Assembly (NCBI GenBank): GCA_965213705.1
Contig: OZ243913.1
Coordinates: 3,072,001-3,136,000, forward strand
Direction of reading: 5' to 3'
Source of the DNA: Trueperaceae bacterium
GTDB taxonomy: Bacteria > Deinococcota > Deinococci > Deinococcales > Trueperaceae
Length of the DNA stretch: 64,000 nucleotides
Part shown: in pieces, positions 37,169 to 51,101 of the stretch
How the letters are laid out: each line of letters begins with the position of its first letter
How positions within the stretch are numbered: position 1 is the first letter of the stretch
The notes under the pieces: model-generated
The model's input: the letters and a program-made list of their open reading frames with translations, nothing else
Database searches by the model: none
Told to the model about the DNA's origin: nothing
Translations under genes and position numbers: made by a program

Positions 37169-39691
37169 TTAGACGATGGACACGCGTTTCTCGCCGTGTC
37201 CGTCTGTGACTCCGTCTTCAAAGTCGTAGTCGAACGCTTCGGTGTCGGTCGACTTCGCCAGGGTAATCACGACATATTTCGAAACCGGCGTGTTGCTGCC
37301 TTCGGCCACGCTGCCAATCGGCACGAGCACGTTGGCCTCGGGAAAGTAAGTGGCGGTGCAGCCGCGCGGGATTTTGTAGGGCAGCGCGATGAAGCGCCGC
37401 GCCACGCGCGTTTCACCCTCGAAGTGGCTCGTCAAGTCCAGCACGTCGCCGTCCTTGATACCTGCTTCAGTCACGTCCTCGAGGTTCATCATAATCACGC
37501 GGCGCTCGCCCTTGATGCCGCGATAGCGGTCGTCGAGGCCGTAGACAGTCGTGTTGAACTGGTCGTGCGAGCGAATCGTCATCATCACGAACTGGTCGTC
37601 GGCCAGGGCGCGTTCGGGGATGTCGTGGACGGTGAATTTCGCCTTGCCGGTGTTGGTGGTAAAGCGGCCTTCGCGCGGGCCGTTGGGGAGGTAGAAGCCT
37701 ACGCCGTGGACGCGTTCGTTGTAGTTCTCGAAACCGGGGATGACCCTCGAGATAGCCTCGCGGATGCGCCCGTAGTCCCCGACGAGCCCGTCCCAGTCGA
37801 TGGGTGAGCGTCTGCCCAGGGTTGCTTTGGCAAGCCCCGCGACGATGGCGGGCTCGCTCAACAAATGTTCCGACGCGGGCGGCAGGATGCCCTGCGAGTC
37901 GTGGACGACGCCCATCGAGTTTTCGACCGAAACGAACTGCGGCCCCGACAGTTGTAAGTCGACCTCGCTGCGGGTGAGGCAGGGGAGAATCAGCGCCTCG
38001 TCGCCGTGGACGAGGTGCGCGCGGTTGGGCTTGGTCGAGACGTGGACGGTCAAGCGGCAACGCTCCAAAGCCTCGGCGGTGTATTCGGTGTCGGGTGTGG
38101 CCGACAAAAAGTTGCCGCCCATCGCGAAGAACACTTTGGCCTTGCCCTCGTGCATCGCCTTGATGGCTTCGACCGTGTCGTAGCCGTGCTCGCGCGGCGG
38201 CTTGAAGTCGAACTCTCTGCCGAGCTTGCTCAAGAACTCCTCTTTGGGCCGTTCCCAAATCCCCATCGTGCGGTCGCCCTGCACGTTCGAGTGGCCGCGC
38301 ACCGGGCAGGTGCCCGCGCCGGGCTTGCCGATGGAGCCGCGCAGGAGCAGCAGGTTGACGATTTCCTGAATGCTGCCGACGGCGTTGTGGTGCTGCGTCA
38401 AGCCCATCGCCCAGCAGACGATCATGCGCCTGTTCGCCATGACCAGGCTGGCGGCGGCGCGGATGTCGGCGCGCTCGAGCCCGCTCTCCTTGAAAATTTT
38501 GTCCCAGCTCTCGGCGCGCAGGTCTCTCAAAAAGGCGTCGAAGCCTTGCGTCTTTTCCTCAATAAAGGCGTGGTCGAACACCTCGCCGGGGCGCTTGTCC
38601 TCTTCCTCCAACAGCTCTTTCATGATGCCCTTGAGGAGCGCCACGTCGCCGCCGATGCGCACCGGCAAGAAGAGGTCGCTGAGCTGCGTGCCGGGGCCGA
38701 ACAGCGTCGGCACGGCCTTGAGGGGGTTCATAAAGTCCTGCGGGTTTTTGAACGCCATCAAACCTGCTTCGGGCAAGGGATTGATGGAGATGATTTTCGC
38801 GCCGTTCTTCTTACCGCGCTCTAAAGCGCTCATCATCCGCGGGTGGTTCGTGCCGGGGTTCTGGCCGATGATGATGATGAGGTCGGAGACGTAGAAGTCT
38901 TCCAGCGTCACCGAACCCTTGCCGAGTCCGAGCGTTTCCGACAGCGCCGTACCCGAGGACTCGTGGCACATGTTCGAGCAGTCGGGCAGGTTGTTGGTGC
39001 CATACTGGCGGACGAACAGTTGGTATAAGAACGCCGCCTCATTCGAGGTGCGCCCGGAGGTGTAAAAGACGGCCTCGTCGGGGGAATCCAGGGCGTTGAG
39101 TTCTTGGGCGACCTTGTCGAACGCCTCTTCCCAAGCAATCGGCTCGTAGTGCGTCGCCCCTTTGCGCAAAATCATCGGGTGGGTTATTCGGCCCTGGCTG
39201 TTGAGCCAGTAGTCGGAGCGCTTGGACAACTCTTCGACCGAGTGTTTCCGGAAAAACTCGGGCGTGACGCGGCGCTTGGTGCCCTCGTCGAGGACGGCTT
39301 TGGCCCCGTTTTCGCAAAACTCCGCGACCGATCGGTGTTCGTCTGGGTCGGGCCAAGCGCAGGACGAACAGTCGAAGCCGTCCTTTTGGTTCATGGTCGT
39401 GAGCATTCGCACGCCGCGCAGGGGGCCGGTTTCGTGCAGGGCGTATTTCAGGCTCGAGACCACCGCGGGCACCCCGGCGGCTAAGTGCTTGACCGGCGTT
39501 TTCTTGAGCCCGGTAAAGGCGTCGGGCGGCTGCGCCTGAACCCGCCACGCCTCCGGGTGCGGGCGGTCGGGTGTGGTGTCGCCGACCTGCTCTAAGTCTT
39601 TTTTCGCCTCGTAGTGGTCGGGCGCGCCTATCTCCTCGGAGCGGCTGGTGCTCGAGGGGTCGTAACCCTTCTCAGTCTCGTTTCTGTCCAT
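37169..39691 (-). CDS. FdhF/YdeP family molybdopterin oxidoreductase
   Basis: GFDCSSCAWPD, EFCENGAKA, NLPDCSNMCHES, PVRGHSNVQGDRTMG, RSHDQFNTT. Confidence 0.95.
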   Translation of the reverse strand: MDRNETEKGYDPSSTSRSEEIGAPDHYEAKKDLEQVGDTTPDRPHPEAWRVQAQPPDAFTGLKKTPVKHLAAGVPAVVSSLKYALHETGPLRGVRMLTTMNQKDGFDCSSCAWPDPDEHRSVAEFCENGAKAVLDEGTKRRVTPEFFRKHSVEELSKRSDYWLNSQGRITHPMILRKGATHYEPIAWEEAFDKVAQELNALDSPDEAVFYTSGRTSNEAAFLYQLFVRQYGTNNLPDCSNMCHESSGTALSETLGLGKGSVTLEDFYVSDLIIIIGQNPGTNHPRMMSALERGKKNGAKIISINPLPEAGLMAFKNPQDFMNPLKAVPTLFGPGTQLSDLFLPVRIGGDVALLKGIMKELLEEEDKRPGEVFDHAFIEEKTQGFDAFLRDLRAESWDKIFKESGLERADIRAAASLVMANRRMIVCWAMGLTQHHNAVGSIQEIVNLLLLRGSIGKPGAGTCPVRGHSNVQGDRTMGIWERPKEEFLSKLGREFDFKPPREHGYDTVEAIKAMHEGKAKVFFAMGGNFLSATPDTEYTAEALERCRLTVHVSTKPNRAHLVHGDEALILPCLTRSEVDLQLSGPQFVSVENSMGVVHDSQGILPPASEHLLSEPAIVAGLAKATLGRRSPIDWDGLVGDYGRIREAISRVIPGFENYNERVHGVGFYLPNGPREGRFTTNTGKAKFTVHDIPERALADDQFVMMTIRSHDQFNTTVYGLDDRYRGIKGERRVIMMNLEDVTEAGIKDGDVLDLTSHFEGETRVARRFIALPYKIPRGCTATYFPEANVLVPIGSVAEGSNTPVSKYVVITLAKSTDTEAFDYDFEDGVTDGHGEKRVSIV

Positions 39692-39703
39692 GTTCTCCCT
39701 TTC

Positions 39704-40576
39704 TTAACGTGAAACCAGCGCGTCCGGCTCGGCTGACGGCAACACAAGCCGACCCTCGCCCGCATAGAGGTTGAACCGCTCGCCGCGCAAAAACCCGACG
39801 AGCGTAATGCCGAACTCCTTAGCGACCGACACCGCCAGCGACGACGGGGCCGACACCGCGCAGACCACGCCGACGCCCGCCGCGAGCGACTTTTGCAACA
39901 ACTCGAAACTCGCCCGGCCGCTCAGCAAGACGATGTGCTCGGACAGGGGCAGCAAACCTTCCAACAGCGCCCAGCCGACGAGTTTATCCAGCGCGTTGTG
40001 CCGCCCTACGTCCTCGCGGAGTGCCAGCAACTCACCTTCTTTGCTGAACAGCGCCGCCGCGTGCAGCCCACCCGTCACCTCGAACAAGCCCTGCGCCCCC
40101 CGCAGCTTGTCGGGCAGCGAAGTGACGGTTTCGGGCGTGACCGTGAACGTGACCGGCAACGCCCCGCAACCGCGAATCTCCAGCGCCTCCAAACTCGCCT
40201 TGCCGCAGACCCCGCAGGCCGAGGTGGTGGTGAAGTGGCGCTCCAAAGTCCGCAACTCCGGCAACGCCCCGCGCAGCGTCACGTTGACGATGTTGTAAAG
40301 CTGCTCAGTTTCGGTATCGACGCAGTAGGAGATGCGCGCCACGTCGTCGCGGCTGGTGATGACCCCTTCACCGAACAAAAACCCGGCCGCCAGCTCAAAG
40401 TCACGGCCCGGTGTGCGCATGGTGACGGCGACGGTCTTGCGCGCTGCGCCACTCTCCCTATCGCTCAACAAGCGCAGCTCGAGCGGCTCCTCGGTGGCGA
40501 GCGTGTCGCGCCGCGTCTTGGCCGCGTTGCCCGTCACCGTCGTGACGACGCTGTGGGTTTTGCCCTTAGGTCGCAC
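39704..40576 (-). CDS. fdhD: Formate dehydrogenase accessory sulfurtransferase FdhD
   Basis: EEPLE, MRTPG, SACGVCG, TGGLHAA, EDVGRHNALDK. Confidence 0.95.
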   Translation of the reverse strand: MRPKGKTHSVVTTVTGNAAKTRRDTLATEEPLELRLLSDRESGAARKTVAVTMRTPGRDFELAAGFLFGEGVITSRDDVARISYCVDTETEQLYNIVNVTLRGALPELRTLERHFTTTSACGVCGKASLEALEIRGCGALPVTFTVTPETVTSLPDKLRGAQGLFEVTGGLHAAALFSKEGELLALREDVGRHNALDKLVGWALLEGLLPLSEHIVLLSGRASFELLQKSLAAGVGVVCAVSAPSSLAVSVAKEFGITLVGFLRGERFNLYAGEGRLVLPSAEPDALVSR

Positions 40577-40819
40577 CCCGCCCCCTCACTCCTTGGTGTA
40601 CAAAGCTCGTCTCGTTGCTACCAAGTCGTTCTCAGCTTAGATTGTGCATAAAATAATTTTACAAACTCCACCATGAAAATTTTGTGAGAAAAGGTACCTT
40701 CTTATGAAGATGGTCAGCTCAGGCGTGCCGCGAACTTCCCGACCAGGGTCCCTTACCGCTGCCCTGATACCAACCTCTTCGTAGGCTAGACTGAACCACG
40801 CGGGGCAAGGAGGTTGACC

Positions 40820-41185
40820 ATGTTTGGCGGCCCGGATACTATTTGGATACTCATTCCCGTCGCGGCGATAGCGGCGGGCGCGTTTCGGGAATGGGTCAAG
40901 TTCAAGTCGAAACAGCGCGAACTCGGCAGTTCGGCGGACGAGTTGAAGCAGGTCGTCAGCGCGCTCGAGGCCAAACTGCACGACCGGCAAGCCGCCTTGG
41001 AACGCCGCGTCGCCAACCTGGAAACCATCATTACCAGTCAAACCTGGGACACGCTCCACGATGACCGGCTCTCAAAGGCGGACAAAAAACTGCTGCTCGA
41101 GGACGCGGACGGTGAGCTGCGCACCCTCCGTGAAGAGTTGGGCGACACCCGCAAGGCCGAACTTCTGGCGCGGCGTTTGAAGTAA
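40820..41185 (+). CDS. Small membrane-anchored coiled-coil hypothetical protein
   Basis: GGAGG RBS; one N-terminal TM segment (WILIPVAAIAAG), then LERRVANLETII. Confidence 0.75.
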   Translation: MFGGPDTIWILIPVAAIAAGAFREWVKFKSKQRELGSSADELKQVVSALEAKLHDRQAALERRVANLETIITSQTWDTLHDDRLSKADKKLLLEDADGELRTLREELGDTRKAELLARRLK

Positions 41186-41230
41186 GCTTACTCGTCTAGC
41201 TGCTCAATGCATTTTTCGAGGGCTCGAGCC

Positions 41231-42247
41231 CTAAACTTCTCGTTCGGTTCTCGAGTGCTCCCAGTCGGAGGCTTCGTCGAGCGAGGATATTTCCTCGGGG
41301 GACAGCTCGAGTTCAGCGGCGGGCAACACGTCCCGAAGCTGCGCCACGCTGTTCGCCCCGACGATGGGCGCGGTCATGTAGGGTTTGGCGAGCAGCCAGG
41401 CGAGGGCCACCTGCGCCGGGTGAACAGCGTGCGTATCGGCAACTTTGCGCACCTCGTCCAGAATGTTCCAGTTCTGTTCGGTAAAGCGCTTGTTCGCAAT
41501 ACCTTCGGCCCGCTTGCTGTCGGGCAGCGCCGCGTCGCGTTCGTACTTGCCCGTCAAAAAGCCGCCCGCCAGCGGGCTGTAGGGCAGCACGCCGACGCCG
41601 TAGGTTTCGCACACCCGCGCCAACTCGCGCTCGAAGTCGGCCCTGGTCGGTTGGGTGAGGCTGTACTCGGGCTGAATCGACACAAACTTCTCAAAACCGT
41701 GCTTATCACTCGTCCACAGCGCCTGCATCAGTCGCCACGCCGAAAAGTTCGAGCAGCCCAGGTAGCGCACGTAACCCTTACGGACGAGGTCGGTGAGGGC
41801 GGACAAGGTTTCTTCGATGGGTGTTTGATTGTCGACCCAGTGAACCTGGTACAGGTCGATGTGGTCCGTTTGCAAGCGCCGCAACGAGTCCTCGCAGGCC
41901 TGCATAATCCAGCGCCGGGACAGGCCTTCGCGCCCCTTAGCCGTCCCGCGCCCCTCGTCGCCGTTTTGGCCCATCGGCCCGCGCACTTTAGTAGCGACCA
42001 AAACCTCGTCGCGGTTGCCCCTCGCTTTGAGCCAGCGCCCGATGATTTCTTCGGACACGCCGCCGGGGTTGTTCGGGGCCCACATGCTATAGACGTCCGC
42101 CGTGTCGACGAGGTTGCCGCCCGCCTCTACAAAGGCGTCCATGATTTTGAAAGAGGTTTCCTCGTCCGCCGTCCAGCCGAACTGCATGGTGCCGAGGGCG
42201 AGGGGGAAGGTTTGGAGGCCGCTGTTGCCGAGGTTTCGGTGGGTCAT
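41231..42247 (-). CDS. Aldo/keto reductase
   Basis: [39 protein letters not shown]; leaderless TATACT-N6-ATG. Confidence 0.95.
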   Translation of the reverse strand: MTHRNLGNSGLQTFPLALGTMQFGWTADEETSFKIMDAFVEAGGNLVDTADVYSMWAPNNPGGVSEEIIGRWLKARGNRDEVLVATKVRGPMGQNGDEGRGTAKGREGLSRRWIMQACEDSLRRLQTDHIDLYQVHWVDNQTPIEETLSALTDLVRKGYVRYLGCSNFSAWRLMQALWTSDKHGFEKFVSIQPEYSLTQPTRADFERELARVCETYGVGVLPYSPLAGGFLTGKYERDAALPDSKRAEGIANKRFTEQNWNILDEVRKVADTHAVHPAQVALAWLLAKPYMTAPIVGANSVAQLRDVLPAAELELSPEEISSLDEASDWEHSRTEREV

Positions 42248-42355
42248 TTGGGGAGTATAACGATTTTCTGTCGAGCATAAACACTGTTGCCTTTATCAAA
42301 TATCAGAACCGATATTTTTATGAGAAACACAGCCACGGGTGTTAAACTTTGCTAG

Positions 42356-43492
42356 GTGTCTATTAAAGCGACGTTGCGGCGGCTCACCGAGAGCCTTCAG
42401 GTTTGGTCGGATAAAGGTCTGAACGAAGCGCAGACCTCACAAGTCATCGTTCTCCCCGTTCTGCAGGCGCTCGGTTATGATATTTTCAACCCTTACGAGG
42501 TCGTGCCGCAAAGCGCCAACCAAATTTACCGTCCAGATTTCACAATCAACTTTGCTGACAAAATACGTTTTATTATCGAAGTTAAGACCCTAAACAAAGA
42601 TTTTACAGATAAGGACCAAACTCAATCGGTCAACTACGTCAACGCGCAGGGCAGACGGTGGGCGATTCTGACAAATGGCAAAGCGTGGCATTTTTTCGAT
42701 AACCAAATTCCCAAGCCTGCCTCCGAAAAGCTCGCAACCACCGTGGACATTCAAAAACCCGAAGCTGCAACCTACCTCACCAAGCTCCTTGCACGTTCCG
42801 TTTGGGAGCTGGAACGTGCAGATGAAACTGTTGCAACCAGGGTTGAAGAAGTTGCCGACGACATAAGAAAACGAACAAAGCTCAGCGAGATAGCTGCAAA
42901 GCTCGAGCGCGAACTAGCGGCAGGTTTCACCCGAGACGAAGCGGGACTCAAGAAAGCGATTCAACACACGCTCGAGCCTAACGAAAAAGAGTTGGCGCTC
43001 GAGTCTTTATCCGAGTTGAGTAGAAAGCTGCTCAATAAATCTGAGAACGCCTTTTTCCCCGACACCTCAGAGACAAAAGAATCAGCAGGTGTTGTTGAGG
43101 CGTTGAAGTCGGGCATCGCTTTGACGAAGCCGCTCAAGAAAAAAGGCACGCCTTTCAACATCAGAGTTTGGGTTGACGGTGACGAAGTTGATGTGTCTAG
43201 TTGGCGTGATGTAACTTGCGGTATTGCTGAAGCGCTTGTTTTCTTGGGTGAAGAAGCGGCCTTAAAATCTACAGAGTTGGTGAACAACCATATGGATGAA
43301 CGTACAAAAGAAAACAATAAAGGTGTTTATCCGTCGAGCGCGTATAGAAAACTTAGCGACGGTCGGTTTTTATTCCTTAACTACAGTGTTAAAAGTCTAA
43401 GGCAGAAAAGCAAAAAGATGCTAGAACTTGTCAATGCTCCAGCACAGGTACTACGAGTTGTTTACAAGAACGAAGAGTTTGACCTTCCATAA
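42356..43492 (+). CDS. Solitary HsdR-N-terminal-like PD-(D/E)xK nuclease domain protein
   Basis: NEAQT..LQALGY, RPDF..IIEVK, Q..NY, AILTNG..W; clearly lower GC than flanks. Confidence 0.82.
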   Translation: MSIKATLRRLTESLQVWSDKGLNEAQTSQVIVLPVLQALGYDIFNPYEVVPQSANQIYRPDFTINFADKIRFIIEVKTLNKDFTDKDQTQSVNYVNAQGRRWAILTNGKAWHFFDNQIPKPASEKLATTVDIQKPEAATYLTKLLARSVWELERADETVATRVEEVADDIRKRTKLSEIAAKLERELAAGFTRDEAGLKKAIQHTLEPNEKELALESLSELSRKLLNKSENAFFPDTSETKESAGVVEALKSGIALTKPLKKKGTPFNIRVWVDGDEVDVSSWRDVTCGIAEALVFLGEEAALKSTELVNNHMDERTKENNKGVYPSSAYRKLSDGRFLFLNYSVKSLRQKSKKMLELVNAPAQVLRVVYKNEEFDLP

Positions 43493-43807
43493 CATTTAAG
43501 CGACCGAACATAGTGGGCTCGAGTCTACTCGAACCTCTCCGACAGCTAGGCCGAAGTAAGGTTAGGTCGAAGACCCCCAAGCGCGTTACCCTCAACTCAT
43601 GACCGACTCTCCCAAACCCTCCAGGGCTAGGTGTCCATCCGCGCTCGCCCCGTCAGCAGCCGTAGGACTTGTCTGCCGGAAAACTTGTCCAGGTTTGCCG
43701 TTCACCCGCACAGGATTCGGTATAGTGGTCAAGGACAAATTTCTCTGGACACGCGGGCGTTCCGACCCTTAAGCTCAGAGGTCGGCTTTGACCGGCGAGG
43801 AGGCTTT

Positions 43808-44239
43808 ATGAGAAAACCGGTACACGACCCCGAACGGGGTTTTGCGATGCGGATTGCGGGCGGTATCATTTTGGCCCTGAGCGGCTGGATGGTTTTAGCG
43901 TCGCTGGCACTGGAATACGGCAACACCGTGGCGGCGGTCAGCAACGGCGTGGTTGGCGCGCTGCTGGCGCTGCTGGCTCTCACTATCTTGCGCAACCCCT
44001 TTAGTTCGGCGCCGACATGCTACTTAACCGCTATCGGCGGGCTGTGGTTGTTCGCGGCGCCGTTTGCACTGGGTTTTGAGCGTTATACCTTGAGCATGGG
44101 CAACAACCTGTGGGTGGGCGTCATCATCACGGTGTTGTCCTTTTTTATCGTCGGCGAGGCGCTGCAGCTCGAGCAGTCCGTCAGCGTTCAACACAGCACG
44201 AGCGGCGAAGCCGCAACCCGAATGCAACCCAAGGACTAA
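43808..44239 (+). CDS. SPW-repeat-like small membrane protein
   Basis: GGAGG RBS; four hydrophobic segments with GLWLFAAPFALGF and NN.WVG. Confidence 0.7.
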   Translation: MRKPVHDPERGFAMRIAGGIILALSGWMVLASLALEYGNTVAAVSNGVVGALLALLALTILRNPFSSAPTCYLTAIGGLWLFAAPFALGFERYTLSMGNNLWVGVIITVLSFFIVGEALQLEQSVSVQHSTSGEAATRMQPKD

Positions 44240-44241
44240 GC

Positions 44242-44312
44242 AGTACCGAGTGAAAAGTACCGAGTTGAAAGTGATTCAACTCGGTACTTTTCACTCGGTC
44301 CTCGGTACTTTC
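44242..44312. repeat. REP-like 25-bp perfect inverted repeat between convergent genes (likely bidirectional terminator)
   Basis: ACCGAGTGAAAAGTACCGAGTTGAA-agtga-TTCAACTCGGTACTTTTCACTCGGT; same core at 51687 and 59792. Confidence 0.85.
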
Positions 44313-47039
<2,727 letters not shown>

Positions 47040-47126
47040 TGTGGTTTCCTCTCTTTGAAAACGAGGGTTGAAAGACGGTTTAGACTTATTCTAGCGGGTT
47101 TTGCAAAGCTCTAAGGTGCCCTGCCT

Positions 47127-47483
47127 CTAAAAGGCTAAAAACTCGAGCCGGTTTTCAAACGGGTCAGCCACGTAAAACCGCCGAACCTCCGGCAGCGCCG
47201 TGTCCCAGACGACTTCGACGCCGGCCTCGCTTAAGCGTTCAGCAAGAGCTTCGAGGCGTTCGACCCGAAAAGCCGGATGTGCTTTTTTCGCCGGAACGAA
47301 CGGCGTTTCGACGCCCAAGTGCAAGCCGAAACCCGTCCCCGAAAACCAGACACCACCGCGACTTTTGAGCGGTTCGGGCTTTTCGACTTCGGGCAGCTCG
47401 AGCAAATCACCGTAAAAGGCTCGAGCCGCCCCTTCCCCACCCGCGGGCAAGGCGAGCTGAACATGGTCGAGGGCTGAAATCAT
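47127..47483 (-). CDS. VOC/glyoxalase family protein
   Basis: LDHVQL, ARAFYG, KAHPAF, DPFENRLE. Confidence 0.9.
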   Translation of the reverse strand: MISALDHVQLALPAGGEGAARAFYGDLLELPEVEKPEPLKSRGGVWFSGTGFGLHLGVETPFVPAKKAHPAFRVERLEALAERLSEAGVEVVWDTALPEVRRFYVADPFENRLEFLAF

Positions 47484-47561
47484 CGAGTGCTGAGACCTGA
47501 ACTGAAAACGATTCTCTTCATCCCGACCTCCGAATTTTATTTTCCCGCTATGCTGGGTGAT

Positions 47562-48206
47562 ATGGAAGAGGTCAAATCACCCAGCTTGCAAATCGTCACT
47601 GATACGGCAGCCGCCGACCTGCTTATGAACCCGTACACATTGCGGCAGCTGGCACCATTTTTGGGGCGCGAGTGTACCGTCACGCAAGCCGCGCAGGAAA
47701 CGCGGGAGAAGGCGAACACGGTGCTCTCGAGGGTGCACCGTTTCACCACCCTCGGCCTGCTTGAAGTTGTACGTGAGGAGAAGCGCAAGGGCCGCGCCGT
47801 CAAAGTTTACCGTTCTACGGCCGACATCTTTTTCGTCCCCTTCGAAGCGACCACGGCCGAGACCCTGGAGGCGATGCTGCAAGAGCGCGACGCCTACTGG
47901 GAAACGCTGCTGCGCCGCAGCGTGGTGCGGGCTCGAGGCGAGGACGTGGGTACCTGGGGCACGCGCGTGTACCGCGATGGCGCGGGCCGCTTGCAAGTGC
48001 AAACGGCTGTCACGCCGACCCAAAACTACACCCTGCTCGACGCTGAGCGGCCCGCCGTGCTGAGCGCCTGGCGCGACAGCGTTTACCTGGACTTCGACGA
48101 CGCCAAGGCGCTGCAACGTGAAATGTTCGACCTGCTGAAACGCTATCACCAAAAGGCGGGCGCGCAGCGCTACATCGTGCGGCTCGGGATGGCCCCGCTC
48201 GAGTGA
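47562..48206 (+). CDS. Winged helix-turn-helix protein (Deinococcus-type, ArsR-like)
   Basis: L.PFLGRECTVTQAA...GLLEVVREEKRKGRAVKVYRS; leaderless TATGCT-N7-ATG. Confidence 0.75.
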   Translation: MEEVKSPSLQIVTDTAAADLLMNPYTLRQLAPFLGRECTVTQAAQETREKANTVLSRVHRFTTLGLLEVVREEKRKGRAVKVYRSTADIFFVPFEATTAETLEAMLQERDAYWETLLRRSVVRARGEDVGTWGTRVYRDGAGRLQVQTAVTPTQNYTLLDAERPAVLSAWRDSVYLDFDDAKALQREMFDLLKRYHQKAGAQRYIVRLGMAPLE

Positions 48207-48257
48207 AGTTTTCAGCAACCCCGCACCCGCGCGCGCCGAAGGGGCTACACTGGCGTT

Positions 48258-48632
48258 ATGAAGCCCAACGAAACGAAACGACGCCTGTTGGCCGCCGCCC
48301 TTGGCTTCACCCTTCTGGTCAGCGCCTGCGCGCCGCGCACCGCGTCCTCCAACCCGCCGAACACCCCAGCGAGCGCTTCTCTCGAGACGCCCCAGGCGAA
48401 AGCGACCGCCGAAACGGCCGAAATCGCCTATCACCGCATGGCGATAGGTCTCCTGCAAACCGGCGAGTACACGACCAACGCGCTTCTGGAATTGGCCCTG
48501 CCCACGGGCGTCAAGTGGACCCTAGAAGAGTTCAGCGGAGCGGACTACCGTTTGCGGTTCACGTCGGACGACGTGCCGGTTTACGTCTGGCTCGTCACGC
48601 CGCGGGGCGTACAAGTCACGACGCTCAATTGA
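48258..48632 (+). CDS. Hypothetical lipoprotein
   Basis: Lipobox LVSAC after a hydrophobic stretch; leaderless TACACT-N6-ATG. Confidence 0.75.
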   Translation: MKPNETKRRLLAAALGFTLLVSACAPRTASSNPPNTPASASLETPQAKATAETAEIAYHRMAIGLLQTGEYTTNALLELALPTGVKWTLEEFSGADYRLRFTSDDVPVYVWLVTPRGVQVTTLN

Positions 48633-48709
48633 CCTACTTTCGGCAGAGGCTGCACACGCGTTTGGGTTGCTAGGTTGAACCCGAAACATACGTTCAAAAA
48701 GGAGTGAGT

Positions 48710-51090
48710 ATGTCTAGAAAGGTTTTTTCCGTCTTGTCGCTGGCGCTCGGTTTTCTTGCACTCGGGTTGGCCGGGGCGCAACCGCTCGCGGAGTTCGCGC
48801 CGCAAGAAACCGTGCTGAGCTTGAGCTTCGGTTCTCAGGGCGGCGTGCTCGAGACCCTGGACGACGACTTGAGCGCGCTGGGGTGGAAGCAGGGCAAGGA
48901 AACGCTTCGCAAACTTCTCGAGGTCGGCGCGCGCTTGGGCGACGGGGGTTATGCCGACGGCGACTTTACCGACCTGCTCAACTTCTACGACACCATGATG
49001 GGCAGGACGGACGGCAACCTGTATACCGAGGAAGTGCTTGCAGCCTGCCCCGGCCTCCAAGACGTCGCCGACGCCTCGCCGGACTACCGGGGCAAAGGCT
49101 ACCGAACCGAGGGTCTGCTCACCCTCAGCCTCGACGGGTTCAGCCCGGTACCGGCGGGCACCGCGCTGCTCCGCGTCGACGACGCGCTCGCGCCGCTTTA
49201 TGAACAGTTGCAGGATGTGCTGCTCGAGTGTATTCGGGAGACGGACGAGGTCACGGAGTTGGAGCAGGACGGCGTCACGCTGTACGTCGTCGGCGACGCG
49301 GGCGACTTTCCGATCGTCGCGGGCAACGTGGGTACGCTCTACTTTTTAGGCAGCAACCCGGAAGTTGTCCGCGGCGTGGTGCGCAAAGTCCAGGGCGCTG
49401 CTGAGGGTTCAACGCGGGAAACGAGTTACGCCGACACGCCCTTTTACCAGCAAGTCAGCGCCAAACTCGGCGAGACTGTCAACGGCCTCGGCTTTGCCGT
49501 GAACTCGAGCGCGCTCGCCGGCACGTTGGAGGGCGCGGCGGGTCTTCTGGGCGACGACCCGGAAACGGACTACCTCGTTACTCGCGCCGGTACCCTGTTG
49601 CGCACGCTCGGTGGTATAGCCGGCAACTTGAGCTTAACCGACGAAGGCGTGCAACTCGAAAACGTGCTCGCCGTCAACCCCGAAGGCGGTGACGAGGCGC
49701 TGCTCGAGCTGCTGCTTTGCGACACTTGCACGGTGTCCGCGCCCTTTTTGGCGCCTCAGGGCAGCGTCGGCGTGGCGGCGCAGTACCTGCCCTGGCGCGA
49801 ACTGTTCGCCTACGCCCAGGACTGGCTGGACGGCTTAGCGGCGGTCACGGGCGAACCTCTCGACCTCAAACAGCTGGCGCAAGACACCCTCGGCATCGAC
49901 CTGGACACGGCCTTGTTGGACTGGCTCGGCTCCGAGGTGCAAACCTACACGCTGGACTCTTCTTTGACCGACCTGCGCACGCTTCTCTACGGGCAGGCCC
50001 AAGTGAGCGTCGTCCCGGTAAGTTCGCCCGCGGAAGCCAAAGCGGGGATAGAGAGTTTGGCCCGCACCTTCGGTCCCATCCTGAACGAGTTACTGACCGA
50101 AGCGGGCGGCATGGGCGACGTGGGCAGCGCCGAAGACCTTTTCGGCGCGACCAACTTGCTGGGTGAGACGGCAGTCACCACCTACACCTACAAAGACACC
50201 GAAATCACGCGGCTGCGCGCCGGCTACAACACCGACGTCGGTTACACCTTCGTTGGCAACTACCTCGTTTTGGGCAGTCGCGGGCGGTCGAAGGCGTCGT
50301 CGACGCTTTTGGGGGAGGACGTGCGTTCAGCTTCGGACCGGGTTACCGGGCGATGCGCGCCGAGCTGCCCGAGACGGTGAGCAGTTTCAGTTACGGCGAC
50401 ACCGCCGCGGGTCTGAACGGCCTGGCCGACCTGCTGGAGGTGTTCGTCCAGCCCGCCGCCTTCGCCACGGACTTTGGGCTCGAGGCCGCCGTCGCGACGG
50501 CGGACGACCCGAACTTTGACAGCCTCGGCTACGCCGACCTGTACGAGGTCACGCCCGTGCCTTTGAGCGCGCCGGGCAGCGTGGAGGGCATCTTGAGCGA
50601 GGACGACCTCGACTACTACGGCAGCTACTCGGTCTACTACGACCTGACCAACTTGGAACCCGGCGCGCAGGTCAGCGTGAGCTTGGGCAGCGACGCCGGC
50701 GACGTTTACCTGTCCCTCATCGACGCCGACGCCGAGGTTTACCTCGCCGACGGCGAGTACGGCGACGACTACATCACCTCCGAACTCACCTTTAGCGCCG
50801 AAGAGGGCCGCCGCTACTACCTGGAGGTGGTGAGTTACGACGTCACCGAGACGGGCGACTACACCCTCGAGGTAAGCGTTGAGCAAGGGACGCCCCAAGA
50901 GGCGACGCCCGAAGAAAGCCAACCGCTGAGCGAGTTGGACCTGCCGAGTTACGGCGAACTCCTCAGCCTGTTCGACTTGTTGCCGCGAAGCGTCCGCGTG
51001 CTGGCCGACCACACGAGTACCAGTGAAAGCTATAGCGAGACCGACGGCGACACCGTCTACACGCGCAGCCTGACCCGAGTGGTCTGGTAA
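48710..51090 (+). pseudogene. Secreted DUF3352-like protein with an inserted PPC-like domain, split by a frameshift near 50279
   Basis: ORFs 48704-50380 and 50353-51090 join if one base is added at GGC AGT C^G CGG GCG (..LVLGS-P-RAVEGVVDAF..GYRAMRAELP..). Confidence 0.7.
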
Positions 51091-51101
51091 ACAACGACTT
51101 T

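Noticed and set aside
40640..40700. Rex/CRP-type operator or Moco riboswitch upstream of fdhD
   Set aside because: AT-rich TTGTG..TACAA is present, but the spacing does not fit TTGTGAA-N4-TTCACAA or TGTGA-N6-TCACA, and no riboswitch fold is evident.
43599..43772. 57-codon ORF after TACCCT-N6-ATG
   Set aside because: No recognisable protein features, and it overlaps the likely promoter (TATAGT) of the SPW-like gene.
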